DNA of 64,000 bases from Octopus vulgaris (taxonomy: Eukaryota). Made by a program: the position numbers and the translations under genes. Position 1 is the first letter of the stretch, and every line of letters starts with the position of its first letter. The DNA lies in the NCBI GenBank assembly GCA_951406725.2, contig OX597828.1:31062001-31126000 (forward strand). Reading direction: 5' to 3'. The notes below the pieces were generated by a model. That model was given only the letters and a program-made list of their open reading frames with translations. It was not told where the DNA came from and ran no database searches. Shown here piece by piece: positions 27,442-41,318 of this stretch.

Positions 27442-27808
27442 GGCGTTGTTGTGTGGTATGAATCTTACTTCCAAGCCACATAGTTTCGGGTTCAGTCCAT
27501 ACATACACATTTATATATATGTGTATATATATATTTATATATATGTATATTTATATGTATGTATATACACATATCTATGTATATATATATATGCATAGGT
27601 GTGTGAGTTTGTGTATGTCTTGTGTCTGTGCTTTCCCCCCACCATCGCTTGACAACAGATGTTGGTGTTTTTACGCCCCCGTAACTTAGCGGTTAGGCAA
27701 AGAGGCCAATAGAATAAGCACTACGCTTACAAAGAATAAGTCCTGAGATGGATTTGTTAGCCGCATGTTCGGAGTCAACTGAATGAAACAAGTATAGGAA
27801 TAAAAGGA
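27442..27808 (+). mobile_element. SINE family A (internally deleted)
   Basis: Head and 3' half match family A. Confidence 0.8.
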
Positions 27809-30800
27809 AATCAGTGAAAAACGATAGTTTTTTATTTTTATTTTTAGGCAAACATTAGATAAGCTCTCCATTTTCTCTCAATATTTTATAAACTTATGAA
27901 AAATCAATGGACATTGTCTATGTGCGCACAAAGAGACACGCACGATCAGCCATGCCTGTACAAATATAACGGCCAAGCTGTAATGGATGGTAGACAGAGA
28001 AAGAATGTAGTAGAATGAGCGGTAGAAAACTTCTATGTAACCTCAATTTGAGGTGCAGAATGTTATGGCATAACAAAATTCAGTGAAGCCTTCGCATGGG
28101 AAATATGTAAAAAGAATTGAAAATGGAAGAATTTTTTTTTCAGGAAGAACATGCAGAATGTTTGTGAAGAAGATGACTGTAAAATACGAAAGAAGGAATG
28201 GCGATGATGTATGAACTCCGAGTTGAATGAAACATACGGAAAAATTCTAACTATGTGTGGCATAACAATGATTGTTGTTTTCCTCACACACACATATGTA
28301 TGTATGAATATATGTGTGTGTGTGTGTGTGTGATAAATTTTTGCAGTTCAAATATCACTCATGTGTTGTTAGTAACCTTCACGATTAGTTGCAAGTTCAA
28401 TGCCTAACGTGGCTCTATATTAACAAAGTGAATATTTTTAACTCCATAGCCACACCATAAGATTGTTTAGCACCTGATCATTCTGTACACAATCTTCCAT
28501 ATTACAGCTCCTGTTTATCTGTCTGTCTGAAATAATGCATCTGAACTCAATCCACGTTTAGGAATATTTTCTGCTACAAATTTTATTAAGCTTAGGTTTA
28601 TTTACCTTTGTTTATGGTTACCAATTTTTAAGTTTCTATTTATACATTTATCTTGTTTTTATTTCAGAGACTTTCTTTGTTTAATCTAAACGGAATTTGC
28701 ATTCCATCGCAGACAACTTAATATATAATCCTTCTCAATAAACAATTGCATTCTTCATGATTAAAATAATAGAGAAACCTGTGTCAATTCCTACTGTAAT
28801 AGACCAGTCTCATGAACTCTAATTAAATCGTGATGATATATGATAGTTATCGCTTGTGTGTTTTGAACATTTGATCCGGGAAATATTGTAAAACAATCAC
28901 CATGAAGTTTTAGGCAGTATTTTATGTTGCTGAAGATCTGCAACTTAATTGATTTGTGTTTTAATAATATATTAGTATATTCACTCTAATTCTATACTTC
29001 GTTTGCAATTATCGTTGATGTGTTCTGTTGTAAATAAATTACAACCGGTGGAGTTGTTCAATAAAGTATTCGATAAGCACACGGAACAGGAATAATGTGT
29101 GTTATATAATACATTTACATTACGAACCATGTTTTTCAATGTTGCGTGTGTATATTTATAGAATGTGTACTTTGCCTCTAAATAGTAGACATGATGTGAT
29201 AGTTTCCTTCCCCCATGCCGTGTAAAGATCTTTCTTTTATTAAGCATAATTTCATATAATTTCACAGTGGATATTTAAGAGTTTCCGTCAATAAAATATA
29301 TTTGGATAATATTTGTTGAAATTGTTGCTATTCATTTTTACTCACGTTACGTTATCGTATTTTAATCCAAATTTGCAAATATTTATGAGGTCTTAAATGC
29401 AAACGAACTACCGCTAGTGGATTAGACATGATTAATAAAATTAAATTATAACTATTGAATAAACTTCCACAATGTTGGGAAATATTATGGACTTATTATG
29501 AAATAATATCATTAATCGCTGTGGGGTATAAACCATACTTATTGAATCAAGATTGTTTGAAGAATTGTTAATTTGGTTTGAGAAACAGGTAGATACATAT
29601 TTAATTTTCTTGATTCAATTTTGACAGATGCAAATGTTTCTTCCCAAAATAAGTCGTCATGCCGTAATATATTTCAAGAGAAAACGGGATATTATAAAGA
29701 TATATATTACGCGGTGGGTTGGCATAGTCTTTAGCACCGTGTGCAAAACAGTGCGAGGTAATCCATCCGAATACAAATGCATAAATTTCTTGGATAGTAT
29801 GCTTTGCAGATGCAGGTATACAGCATGTACACACTAACAAAAACCGCATTTGAAAACTAAAAATCCTACATTTAGAAGAAGTTGCAAATGGAATCGTACG
29901 TATGCTTGGCTTGGATGTAATTTCCCCATACGAAGTTACGAAGTCATTAATAGTGCAGTCATTTTTTTGTGATGTCTTTCAAATACAAAACTTTAGACAG
30001 TATCTTTATGTTAACACCGATTAAGTATATTGGTCTTCAATAAATTTAATCTTTATTTACGGTTAAGTTCTAAATACTTATTATGGTCTCCAGGATAATT
30101 TCAAGTGTGCATCATATCAAGCTCATATCATCTTAATCCAGTGAAAGTGATTTTGCGCGTAATATTGTCATCGAAAGTTGAATATTGGTGCTTAGTTTTG
30201 TAATGATGCATAATAAATTACAAAAAAGAAAGGTCTTTTCTTCTGTTAACATATAACAACGTCTTAAAAAGGATTTGCATAATAAAGGGATAGAAGGAGG
30301 AGGGAAGTGTCAAGGGAATTACTTTGTAAATAGTTTAGGATGAGCAGAAGGAGAGACAGAAGGAAGGAAAAATATGAAAAGGTAAGGAATTGAAAATGTA
30401 GAAGGATCAATGAATGAGAAGTGGATGGAGTAAATTATTAGTGAATAATGTGGGAGTGATTACCCATGTTTAATATTATCCTACAGGGCACAAATATTTG
30501 AAGAAGAACGATTGTGGCCGGCATTTATTTCTGCACGCATTATAAAAGAGAAAGTTTCAACATTTCGGTATAATACGTAACTTCATGTATCTTCATGTTA
30601 CATTACTGATCTGTCGATGTTCCAACAGTAAATTCAAAACCAAGAGGAGAGTGGAGATTTATTCACATCATAAGCGTTTTTATTAATAAAGTTTCATAGA
30701 GCATATATTCATAAATATAGGCTTGTGTGTACGTATGTGTGTTTGTGTGTGTCTATAAATGCATAGATCGAGTGTAAAAGTGAGAAAGAGAGAGAGAGAA

Positions 30801-30817
30801 AATGAGAAGGAACAATC

Positions 30818-30823
30818 GGTAGG

Positions 30824-30890
<67 letters not shown>

Positions 30891-30891
30891 T
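30818..30891. repeat. (TAGA)n microsatellite
   Basis: Directly visible. Confidence 0.95.
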
Positions 30892-31714
30892 AACATAAGG
30901 TTCATTATCATATATCATATTCTCAATATATTAATAATTCCCATAATTCACCCTCAGAATGCAACGTACATGGTTGCAAGCAGATAGTACACTAGAATGT
31001 TTAGCATTATGTTTGAAATCAAATGGACCATTCATAGATAAGTCAGTATTTTATATATTCATTTTCTAGCAAATTTTATGATCAATATTGTTAATATGTT
31101 TCCCTCCCTTCCACAAAACTTGATTCAGTTATTGCTTTCATAAGCTAAAATAACGATTAAGTTCCCTGCGGTGAAATGTTACGTTCACCTGCACAAAATC
31201 AATGTGTTTTATTCTTATTATAACACCATTTTAATTTGTATCAGAGTTTGCTCTTAGCTACGTCTGGATTTCTAAATAGTCATAAACCATTGGTTGGTGT
31301 ACATTGGGTCAATTAATGCTTCAATGCATTTACTATTGCATTAGCTATAAGACAGCGTTGGTGAAAATGGGCGTTACAATGAAACAACACCCTAGATTTT
31401 AGTTGATTTATCAGTATTGTTCGGGCTGTCAGAATAACACGTGATAAATATAATCACACAAACATAAACCTGAATACAAACGTCAGAGATTAACGTCGCT
31501 CGTGTGTGTGTATTTGTGTTGTGTGGCCATGTCTGTGTGAAGGCGAGTGTTCGTATGTTCTTTTATAAAATATACAGTTTATGCGTACATACATAATAGC
31601 GGACATGTACACATGAATATCAAATAAACAGAAGTATACACCAATAGAAGCAAACGCTCAAGAAGTACATTTACAAAAGTACATTACAAAACTATATTAC
31701 TATATATATATATA

Positions 31715-31862
31715 TAGTTGAAATTTACAGAAACACAAAAGGCGAAGACGAATGTATGAACAACATGGAGGTGTATTACTTTGACACTCTTCAACTGAAA
31801 GGAATACGAGAAAATTTAAAGAGAAAGAATATATAAAAAGAAACATGTGGTTTTAGCGGTCG
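31715..31862 (-). mobile_element. Short (TA)n-anchored repeat, family H (internally deleted copy)
   Basis: Reverse complement shares ttgaagag..gttgttcatac..cttcg..taaatttcaact(ata)n with 36050-36210 and 59590-59775. Confidence 0.7.
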
Positions 31863-32054
31863 TGTGTATATATATATACATACATACACACAGACACACG
31901 AATATACATATATATATATACGCACACATACTTGGAAATGGGTGCGTCGCTTTCAATTAAATAGTAAATAGTAAATAATATAATATATATATGTATATAT
32001 CTATATGTGTATTTATGTATGTATATGTATATATATATATACGTGTGTGTGTGT

Positions 32055-32720
32055 GTGAAACAAAATTTTCTCCCCTTCTAATGGTCTACTCGCGAAATCA
32101 CGAGCCTTCGCAGGGGTGTTAAACAACACACACACTGTCGCGTATTTATCACCTCTTTGGGTAAACTTAATCGTTGGCAGGTACCCTGCCAACTCTTTTT
32201 TAATGCCAGTCTGTGAGAACACAGAGATGGTGCCAAGAACCTTGGAATAGGTTCTTAACACCACCGTGTTCTCAGAAAAGTTTTGCAACCATTGTTTGGG
32301 GGCCAATATTTGCCACTCCAAATCAGTATTTTTTGTTGCCATATTCAAGAAAAAATAAGATGTAAAATGTCCAACACAAAAGTTCGAAAATCAAATTAAA
32401 GTCAATAATAAACACAAGAAAGAATGGAAAGACAGAGAAGAGAAACAGAACGAAGGAAGACAGTCCAAATGGCAACACAATTCTGCTACTCAGGTAATCC
32501 ACAGTGATCCGTCGCAACACAAAATTTCGATTTTGGTTTCTCACAATTAAGTGAGACACAAAAACCAGTAATTTTCCTGGCCGTCCCGGTATTCCCGGCC
32601 AAAATGGTAATCCACAGGCAGAAAAACAGTCAGAAATACCAATGAGAAAATAGTAGTTAAAATAACACAATTTTCAGAAGGGATACGCTTCCCAAAACAA
32701 ACTTCTCACAACTAAGTGAG
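32055..32720 (-). mobile_element. 5' fragment of a non-LTR retrotransposon (5' UTR + ORF1 N-terminus)
   Basis: The ORF MATKNTDLEWQILAPKQWL..TVVLRTYSKVL..EGEKILF is homologous to the copy at 33540-33898. It is broken off at a (CA)n tract. Confidence 0.6.
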
Positions 32721-32899
32721 GCTTTAAGCACGACCACTGTCAGGCAAATTGCCAGTAAGCAAGCTACTTTATTTCAAACATTTTGCCATAACTGAACGAT
32801 ACAGATTAGCTTGCGGTCTGGACAAAGACATTGATGAGGAGAATGATGATAACGATGATATTAATAGAAGAAAAGAAGCGCCCGCCGATCCATTGCTTC

Positions 32900-34070
32900 T
32901 CTAAAACATTATTCTCTTCTTGTTTTTTCACAGAAAACGACAAAGCGAGGTATTGAACCTCTTACTTCAGGCACAATTCCCCCAACGGTGTATCTTCCCC
33001 TGCCGGTGGCACAACCCCTACCGGCAAGGTTCCGGGACATTCCAATGCTATTTCACCGACTGCCGGCAATGTCCTGTTTCTCATCCTATTTTTTCCACTC
33101 AACTGAGGGACGATGCATCTCCGTAACCGAGATATTCATCTCTCCTCCCTCATACCTAGGATCCTTCGGGGAGGAACCATTGTTGCTTACCTTCTTCCTC
33201 TTGCGGCCCTTCCCTGAGGAGTCTTCCGTCTCCTCAGTCGCCTTCGTTCCTTCTTCTACAGAGGTCTCAATTGACTGCTCCAGGACTTTCCTCTGTTCCT
33301 GAGGAGAGTTTTTCTTTATATGGCCAATGATTCATGGGGAGTGGCGACCCTCAAGAATCAGCGGGTACCTATACCCGGCCATTTTCAAAAAGTCAGGCAT
33401 AACCAGATTCATGGCTGATTGGGTCCACAGAGTCAAAACAGCTTTTGACCCAACCCAATCAGCCGTAGTTAAAAAATTTCTCATTGAGGAGCCTGGCTCT
33501 TCTACCACCTATACCCCGAAGGATAGTATCCTCTCTCTACTGGGGCTCAAATCCGGGTGTCAAACCATAGACCCAGGCCCTCGTCAATTTTTTTCCCACA
33601 ATAAGTGGGAAGAAACAGAATATGTTTACCCTCAACGGGCTGGCTTGCAAAGCTGTGAGCCTTCTCTGCAGTATCAAACAGCAACCACACCGTTGCATGT
33701 TTGACTCCCCTAGAGATATACTTAATGGCTGGCAGATGTTCCGCCAACTCTTGCTCAATCAACTATTTGGAGAAGACGGTAATGGTGTTTAGAACATTCG
33801 AATACGTTCTCAACACCACCGTCCTCTCCTCTTGCTGTCTGAGCCACTCCTTAGGTGGGACAATCTCCCACTCTACATTTTTCCATATTTTTTGCCATGT
33901 TTTAAATTAAAAAATAAAAAAAAAGTTCAAAACAATATTTCACAAAAAAGGAAAGAGATTTCAAAAGGAAACAAAAGGGAAGAAGAAATAAAGGTAAGCA
34001 GTTCAGTAAAAAAAAGTCACAATAGAAGAAAACAGTTAAAAAAAAACTCAGCAAAAAAATCTTCTACGCC
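32900..34070 (-). mobile_element. Non-LTR retrotransposon ORF1 (gag-like, L1/Tx1-like) pseudogene with 5' UTR
   Basis: MAKNMENVEWEIVPPKEWL..TVVLRTYSNVL..; a degenerate zinc knuckle ILEGRHSP*IIGHIKKNSP followed by a charged tail. Stops and frameshifts. Clade assignment is inference. Confidence 0.6.
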
Positions 34071-34399
34071 TATATATATATATATTTTCACTCGCACTCA
34101 CAAATGTCAGTAGAGAGAGGATACGCACACACAAAATATGGTGATATAAACGATTAGATGCGCTGGGTAAGTCCTGTAACACATTACTAAAGTTCCAAGG
34201 TAAACCCCGAGACCGTTGTCATGGAACCATTGCAGATTTCCGATGAAGCTGATATATAATTGTTAAAGAGGTCAACAAACATCAAGACAGGGCAAACATC
34301 TGAAGACCTATAAAATATTGTTATTTTTTCCAATAACAATAGTTTATACGACTTGAGGATTTTACCATGCTTTAACGTTTGTTGCTCTATTTAACAATC

Positions 34400-34443
<44 letters not shown>

Positions 34444-34466
34444 CATATAAATATAACATATATATA

Positions 34467-34720
34467 ACTAGTGGACATCCATATGCTAGAATTCGAACCC
34501 CTATTGTCTCAGCACAAAGAAAGCAAAGTCCTCCAGAAAATTTATCAAACAACGTTGTGGTAACAACGAAACAGATTTGTGATTAATCTGTATATTTTGT
34601 ATCTTTTCATTTGTCTTTCTAGGTTATGTTCTGGCGTTTGCTAGATTTTCTGGAGAACATTGCTGTCTTAGTGGTGAGACCATAGGGGTTCGAATTCTAG
34701 CATATGGATATCCACTTAGT
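34467..34720. repeat. Inverted repeat (~34467-34550 / ~34636-34720) between (TA)n tracts
   Basis: agtggacatccatatgctagaattcgaacccctat.. pairs with ..ataggggttcgaattctagcatatggatatccact, with scattered mismatches. Confidence 0.85.
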
Positions 34721-34800
34721 GGTCATCCCTCTTATATATATATGTAATATATATTATATATATGTAATAATTAATATTCAATTTTTCACCCTTATTATTT

Positions 34801-34852
<52 letters not shown>

Positions 34853-35052
34853 TAGTTAAAAAGGTATGATCCAGAGATGTATTCTGTATATACAAAAACT
34901 TAATAACTCTCACTTTATTTGAACTTACACTCTCAAGTTTATTATCGAGGACTAATCCGTGCGCTATAGAGTGACTATGAGCGAAATCCATGTGTGTTGG
35001 CATGGATATAGTGATTCAAATAAACACACTTGGGCTTCATATGTCAGGCTTA

Positions 35053-35140
35053 CATACCTACCTACATACATACATACATGCATACATACATACATACATA
35101 CATACATACATACATACATACATACATACATACATACATG
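35053..35140. repeat. (TACA)n microsatellite
   Basis: Directly visible. Confidence 0.95.
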
Positions 35141-35822
35141 CACACATGTAAATATAGAGTTATGCAAATAGAGAGGAACAAAGAGAAGATTATTCGTAAA
35201 CAGATCATTCTCTCTTCGTATATCCTTATATATGTTTAGTTGTGTATATGAGTGTCTATTTAATTGTATGTGGTTGCATTTTTGTTTGTATGTGTGCGTG
35301 TGTGTGTATGCGTGGGTGTGGGTGTATGCGCGCGTGCGTGCGTGCGTGTGTGCGTGTGTGTATGTGTGTGAAGAAATACACATTAGTTACGTATCTGTGC
35401 ATAGCGAGATGCTGCTAGATTCTGCTAGACGCTTGCATGAGTTTATATACGCATCTGGCATTTGTGAGTGCGAGTGAAAAATAAATATTATTTATTTTTT
35501 TTTTTGTTTATACGCATCTCATGTCAGAAAATGATGATTTAAGGAAACACCAGAAACACAATAACAGAATCATAATTGAATACAATTTTTTTTTTTTTTT
35601 AATAATTTGTGCAAAATTCCTGGAATCAATAAAATATACATTCATAAAAGGGTTCTATAAAAATACAGTAAATACATGGAAGAATATTGGCAAATATAAT
35701 TAAAATGATTTTCTCTGCAACTCGATTTTTCAAGTGGAATAATATCATCATGCTCTATATACATATGTAAAATGAAGAGCCGCTTAAAGTGTCTGCGTGA
35801 ATGAATGTGTACATAAATACAA

Positions 35823-36022
35823 ACATACATACATACATACATACATACATACATGCATACATACATACATACATACATACATGCATACATACATGCATAC
35901 ATACATACATACATACATACATACATACATACATACATACATACATACATGCATGCATACATACATACATACATACATACATACATACATACATACATAC
36001 ATACATACATACATACATACAT
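35823..36022. repeat. (CATA)n microsatellite
   Basis: Directly visible. Confidence 0.95.
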
Positions 36023-36049
36023 GTAAATGTATATACATGATTAATCGCT

Positions 36050-36206
36050 AAATCCTCAAGTTTTCTTATTGTCTCTCAGCTAATTTCCTCATATTCTGTT
36101 CTGTTGAAGAGCGTAGTCCCCAAACATAAAGGACGTTCTCACTTTCCCGAGCGTCAGGCTTGTTGTTCATACATCTGCCTTCGTCTTTTCTTTTTCTGTA
36201 AATTGC

Positions 36207-36212
<6 letters not shown>
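36050..36212 (+). mobile_element. Short (TA)n-anchored repeat, family H, with degenerate HHR-like motif (36097-36132)
   Basis: CTGTTGA-agagcgtagtccc-CAAA-ca-TA-aagg; homologous to the 59590-59775 copy. Confidence 0.65.
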
Positions 36213-36242
<30 letters not shown>

Positions 36243-36987
36243 CGACGAAGAGTGTGAGAAGCACTAGCATTGCTACAAATATGAGTCAAAGAATACTTTA
36301 GTCACTGAAACAACATTTTCTCTATCTTGACATGGGAGACAATCTCCCCAAGACAATTGACTGGCATTAGATTGTCATGCGAATTACGCAAGAAATGGAA
36401 TACTCTTCAGATGTTTCCTTAGGAATTACTGGCGGATTCCGCAAAATGGTAATATGAAAAATATTAAAAGATTAGGGTCGCCAGATGTAATTCAAAATCA
36501 AAAACGAAGCCATTCGCCGACACTAAATAGCGATGTTCCCTGCAACATTCATCACTGTTTAGTGACGGTGAATTATTTCCTTTTTGGTTTTGAATTGTGT
36601 CAAGCTACCTTATATATTTTATATTTTTCACATTATAATTTTGAGGCATCAACTACTGATTGTGAAGATTCAATCTATATATAGTGATGGGGTAGAACTT
36701 AAGTTCATCAGCCACACTTCAGTGAGCAGTTCCGATGGGCATTATAATTCGTGTGAAATTGGTATGCCAATCTAATTCGACACACTTGTGGCGGGGAGGT
36801 TGACTCCCTTTGCAGTAAAGAGAAACTGTGTTTTCTGTGGCTGATGTGTTCTTCGACTCTTATTTCTAAACCTTCGTCACATTTTAGTGTCGGTGAATTA
36901 TCTCCTTTTCGGCTTTGTTTTCAATTGCGTCTAACCATCATAATTATTCTACGTATGTATGTATAAATATATATATATATATATATG

Positions 36988-37020
<33 letters not shown>

Positions 37021-37455
37021 GTATATATGTATACGTCTGCATATATACAAATGTGTATGAGCTTCGGTCTCTCTTTCTCTATATTGCAGCAGATATATTT
37101 AAATTGCCTTATAGTCTGCCTACACATAGAACAAAGGCTGGCGCTAAATTCTTATTAACATATTGTGTTAAAACTTAATGTTTCAATCGAATACAGAATT
37201 TCATCTGAGGAGATATAGTTACCGTAATTGCTTACCAATAATTAACAAAATTAATACAATTACGTTTTGTTTGATGTAAACTTCTACACAAACTCCCATA
37301 ACGTGTATGTAATCAATGCATCTAAATATTGTATTAACATATATATATATGCGAGCGTGTTAGTATATATATTTATATATTTATATGTGTGTGTATGTGT
37401 ATGTAATACACACATACACTATATATATATATATATATATATATACTTATACATA

Positions 37456-37490
<35 letters not shown>

Positions 37491-37519
37491 TTGCATGTAT
37501 ATATGGTGGTGGGACTGTA

Positions 37520-37573
<54 letters not shown>

Positions 37574-37690
37574 ATATAGATTTATTATACATACATGCCA
37601 CACGCTAAGAGGGACAATTAGTCATTTCTACCCAAAAATTTTACTAATCCCACCGAATGCAATTTTTCAAAGTAAGATATTTAAAAATAT

Positions 37691-37739
37691 AGACTTGTAT
37701 CACCTGTGATTTCATACCTCTGTATTCATCAGCAAGCCT
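37691..37739 (-). ncRNA. Canonical type I hammerhead ribozyme
   Basis: Minus strand reads aggcttg-CTGATGA-atac-agag-gtat-GAAA-tcac ag gtga-TA-caagtct. 7-bp stem I, 4-bp stem II with tetraloop, stem III, AUA triplet. Confidence 0.85.
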
Positions 37740-37929
37740 GAACGTATCATAAATAAACGACCCTACCTCGTCTAAGCCGAGCGGCTAACTGATCAACATC
37801 AACGAAGCACATGGGTGAGTTTACATATATTACATCCGATAAATGGCAGACTTTTACGAATTGCATTTCGGAAAAGAAAAGTTTTTTCGGAATATATATA
37901 TATACTTTTTGGGGGTATACATAAATTTT

Positions 37930-38300
37930 ACTATATTGCAGGTCTAGCCTGGGGGACCGAATTCACGATGCACAATACATCTGTGGGTATGAAGCTCGTA
38001 GCATGTTTTCCAAATCGCTCATCGTCTTCCAGAGATGTTATGCTTTTGGAGTATCCGTGCTACTCGAAACATTGCGCACACGGCCTTCTCGCCGTAAGCT
38101 AACCGAAGCAGGCTCAAAGTCTCTGTAGTAGACGTCTTAAATTGAATATAACGACAAATTTAATATTGGCGCATTGTTTCATCTACCTGTCCTTGACAAA
38201 ATCCCAGCTTACAGGATACACGTGATCATAAAAGAAAACCATTCGCATCTTGCGAAGTAAACAGTGTGATGTCACTTGACACACTACCTCATGAATGCCC
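37930..38300 (-). mobile_element. Internally deleted mariner (irritans-like) transposase fossil
   Basis: Minus-strand frames give QCANIKF, TETLSLLRLAYGEKA and TSLEDDERFGK, joined to IVHREF.P. Confidence 0.7.
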
Positions 38301-38328
38301 CTGCCAGTCCTCACTGCGTGTTGACCTC

Positions 38329-38414
<86 letters not shown>

Positions 38415-38958
38415 GGGAATTACTTGCCATCGCTAATTCATTCATCAGAAGTCTTACTAGAAATTCACTTTTATTTCGTCAAAATTCCAGCGCGTTATTT
38501 TTTTGTTGCGCCTGGGGATTCCATGGCTGTTGTTTTTAAAATGAAAATAAAATGAAATCAAAAGGACATTTCTGATTGGTACGAAAAATATTGAAAGTGG
38601 GCGTGATAGATGAAGTCTATTTTATTAGTTACTGCAGTGAATGCAAATCTAGTTTCACGATAATGTAAAAACTCTATGAATCATTTAAAAATTTAACTTC
38701 ATTTAGAAGCACATTTTCTGATCTTCAGTTGTATATACCATATTTTAAGAAAATATATATAAGTATAAAATATATTTACCTTCATCTATCGACATCAATT
38801 CGTAACCCAAACCATTCAGTATATTGAAAGAAAGTAAGAGACGGAGAAGAAACATACTTCTTCGTCCACATTCAAAAACGTTTTCCATTCCTTATTTACA
38901 GTATTTGCATTTGACGGATATTTGCCCTTATCTTGTTTGTTAACACATTATTATAATA

Positions 38959-38982
38959 TTATCATCATCATCATCATCATCG

Positions 38983-39062
<80 letters not shown>

Positions 39063-39106
39063 GTCGTCGTCATCGTCATCGTCATCGTCATCGTCGTCGT
39101 CGTCGT
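38959..39106. repeat. (CAT)n grading into (CGT)n trinucleotide repeat
   Basis: Directly visible. Confidence 0.95.
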
Positions 39107-41015
39107 GTGTTTTTCTGTGTGTATATATAAATATAAACATAAATCTATACACACACACGCACACACACACACATATACACACTCACACACACACATATAT
39201 ATACATAATTAACCTTCCAAGGAGCATAATGCATCTTTAAAAGAAGGCATAAACACACATGGCATTGAAAACTATACATTCTAGTGCCACGTATATTAAT
39301 GATATTGGCCAAGAATTGGAAAGACAAAATTTTAGAATTTGACTAAAGAAGAAAATCTGAATCTTCAACATCTACAAATCTCTAAAAGAAGAGAGAATTT
39401 TTCTCTAAAATTTCGATGAATATGATAACGTGTTGCGGATGTTTTTTATTGTGTTATCAGACAAACCGGATTGTAACAACCTAAAGGAAAGACATCAGTC
39501 GTAAGAAACAACCGATATGGAAGTTCTAGACAATCACACATATAGAGACATATGCAGGGCGAACCATGCAATCAAATCAGGACAGAATGAACTAAGCAGG
39601 AGCATACAGGAGGACGGAAAGTTTCACTGAACAGATAACACACATGTGACGAAGGATTTCCGGACAATGCATGTCAGTTAAAATAAGAACAGATATGAAC
39701 AAGTGTTGAATGAATATATAGTGCGTGTGTTTATATGCAAAGAAAAAAAGGACAAAGGAAAGACCGTCCTGAAATATAAAAATATATAACTGAAAACTGA
39801 GGGAGTAACTGAATGGTAATGTCACGTTATTATTTTTGGGACTTGCGTTCTGATTTCACATATTACTCACCTCCACTTTACCTTTCGGACTTATGTAAGA
39901 AACGTATTACCTATCAAGTCCCAGTGTCCAGTTGTCTGTGTTTTCAAGATCTACAGCAGTATGCATTGAAAAGTATGCGAAACCTATATAATCTATCGCT
40001 TTCTATCACCACACTTTACCATAATGAAAAGTTGTGAAGTTCCGGCGTTGTTTAACGAAGTGGAGAGCAAAATAATATGTTGATCCCGATTAAGTGTATA
40101 TGTATCTTACGATTAGTGAGATGCTTATCTTTTCATTGAATATCACCAAGTTGCCAACTGCAGTGCGAACAGGAGTAACAACGTAATCCCAGATGACCAA
40201 AACATAGAAGTGGGACTGGTTTTATGGTTACATACAATATACACCAAAACCCGAAGAAATGAGCCCATTTTCACTGCTGTATTAAACAGAGAGCAAACTG
40301 AAAGAACGTGTGTGACAGGAATGTGTTTTCTTGGACATCTTTGAAAATATTGGTGTCAAGGGCTGTTGATAAATAGGTGAAGGAGGTTATGGAAATTAAA
40401 TTTACATCTTAGTTAAGTACCATAGTTAATAGTGTGCGAATGAGAGTGCATTGTAGAAGAAATCCTGACATTCAATAAACAAGAAGGTAATAGATCCTAC
40501 ATAACTGGATTTTTAGGAGCTCAGCATATCAGTCATGGTCCAATGTCTATTTTCAATGTCGTGTGCAAGTGGAGCCTACTACAAAGTGAAGTTGTCAAAC
40601 AATTTCTCCACAGGGAATATAGATTTGTGTAAAAAATATTGGTGGTTATAAAGATAAGGACGGGTTTAATATAGTATGCATGATAGATGTTAATGATTAA
40701 GTTGATGAAAATGAAGCTGCTCTGTATAAGTTATATACGATAATAATTTGACATGTCAGAGTAGTTGAACCTTCCAGGAGTAAAGCTTTATCGGCCACGT
40801 TTTAATACGGGATAGACTTCTCAAGAGAAGGGAAAATGGTTAAAATATTTAATATTCTGGAGTATGTTGCTCCTACCGAAAAAGACGATACATCGTAACT
40901 ACAGATTACTTTATTGCCTTCGAAACAGACGGATGGGTATTCGCCTTGGCCGTTTAGGTGGACATTGTGGTAATCATGTATATATATATATATATACGTA
41001 CATATATAAAAATAA

Positions 41016-41049
<34 letters not shown>

Positions 41050-41055
41050 ATATAT

Positions 41056-41258
41056 ACCGGAGTAAACACATAAATGTGAAACAAGGTGGAAAAAAGAGTA
41101 CTCAAATACCAGTGGTAGAGTAATATGCTTTATTTAAAAGCAGCAGAAAATTCAACCTGTTACTCTGAGTTTCACGCTCCTCCGTTACTCTGAGTTTCAT
41201 GTGAACGTGAAACTCAGAGTAACAGGTTTTGTTGAATTTTCTGCTGCTTTTAAATAAA

Positions 41259-41260
<2 letters not shown>
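41056..41260. repeat. (TA)n-embedded element with fold-back palindrome (~41127-41259) carrying the 3' half of an HHR
   Basis: ctttatttaaaagcagcagaaaattcaa..cctgttactctgagtttcacg pairs with cgtGAAActcagagTAacagg..ttgaattttctgctgcttttaaataaag. Confidence 0.85.

Positions 41261-41318
<58 letters not shown>

Noticed and set aside
34299-34352. CTGAAGA followed by a long AT-rich hairpin
   Set aside because: GAAA and stem I are missing.
37174-37210. Minus-strand CAGATGA..GAAA-cat-TA HHR-like string
   Set aside because: The core is mutated and stem I is only 2 bp; chance is likely.
38940-39182. Poly-Asp / poly-Ile / poly-Met ORFs
   Set aside because: These are frames of a (CAT)n repeat flanked by other microsatellites.
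40100-40760. Possible very old CR1-like RT (IDPT*LDF)
   Set aside because: Only one weak motif; not supportable by eye.
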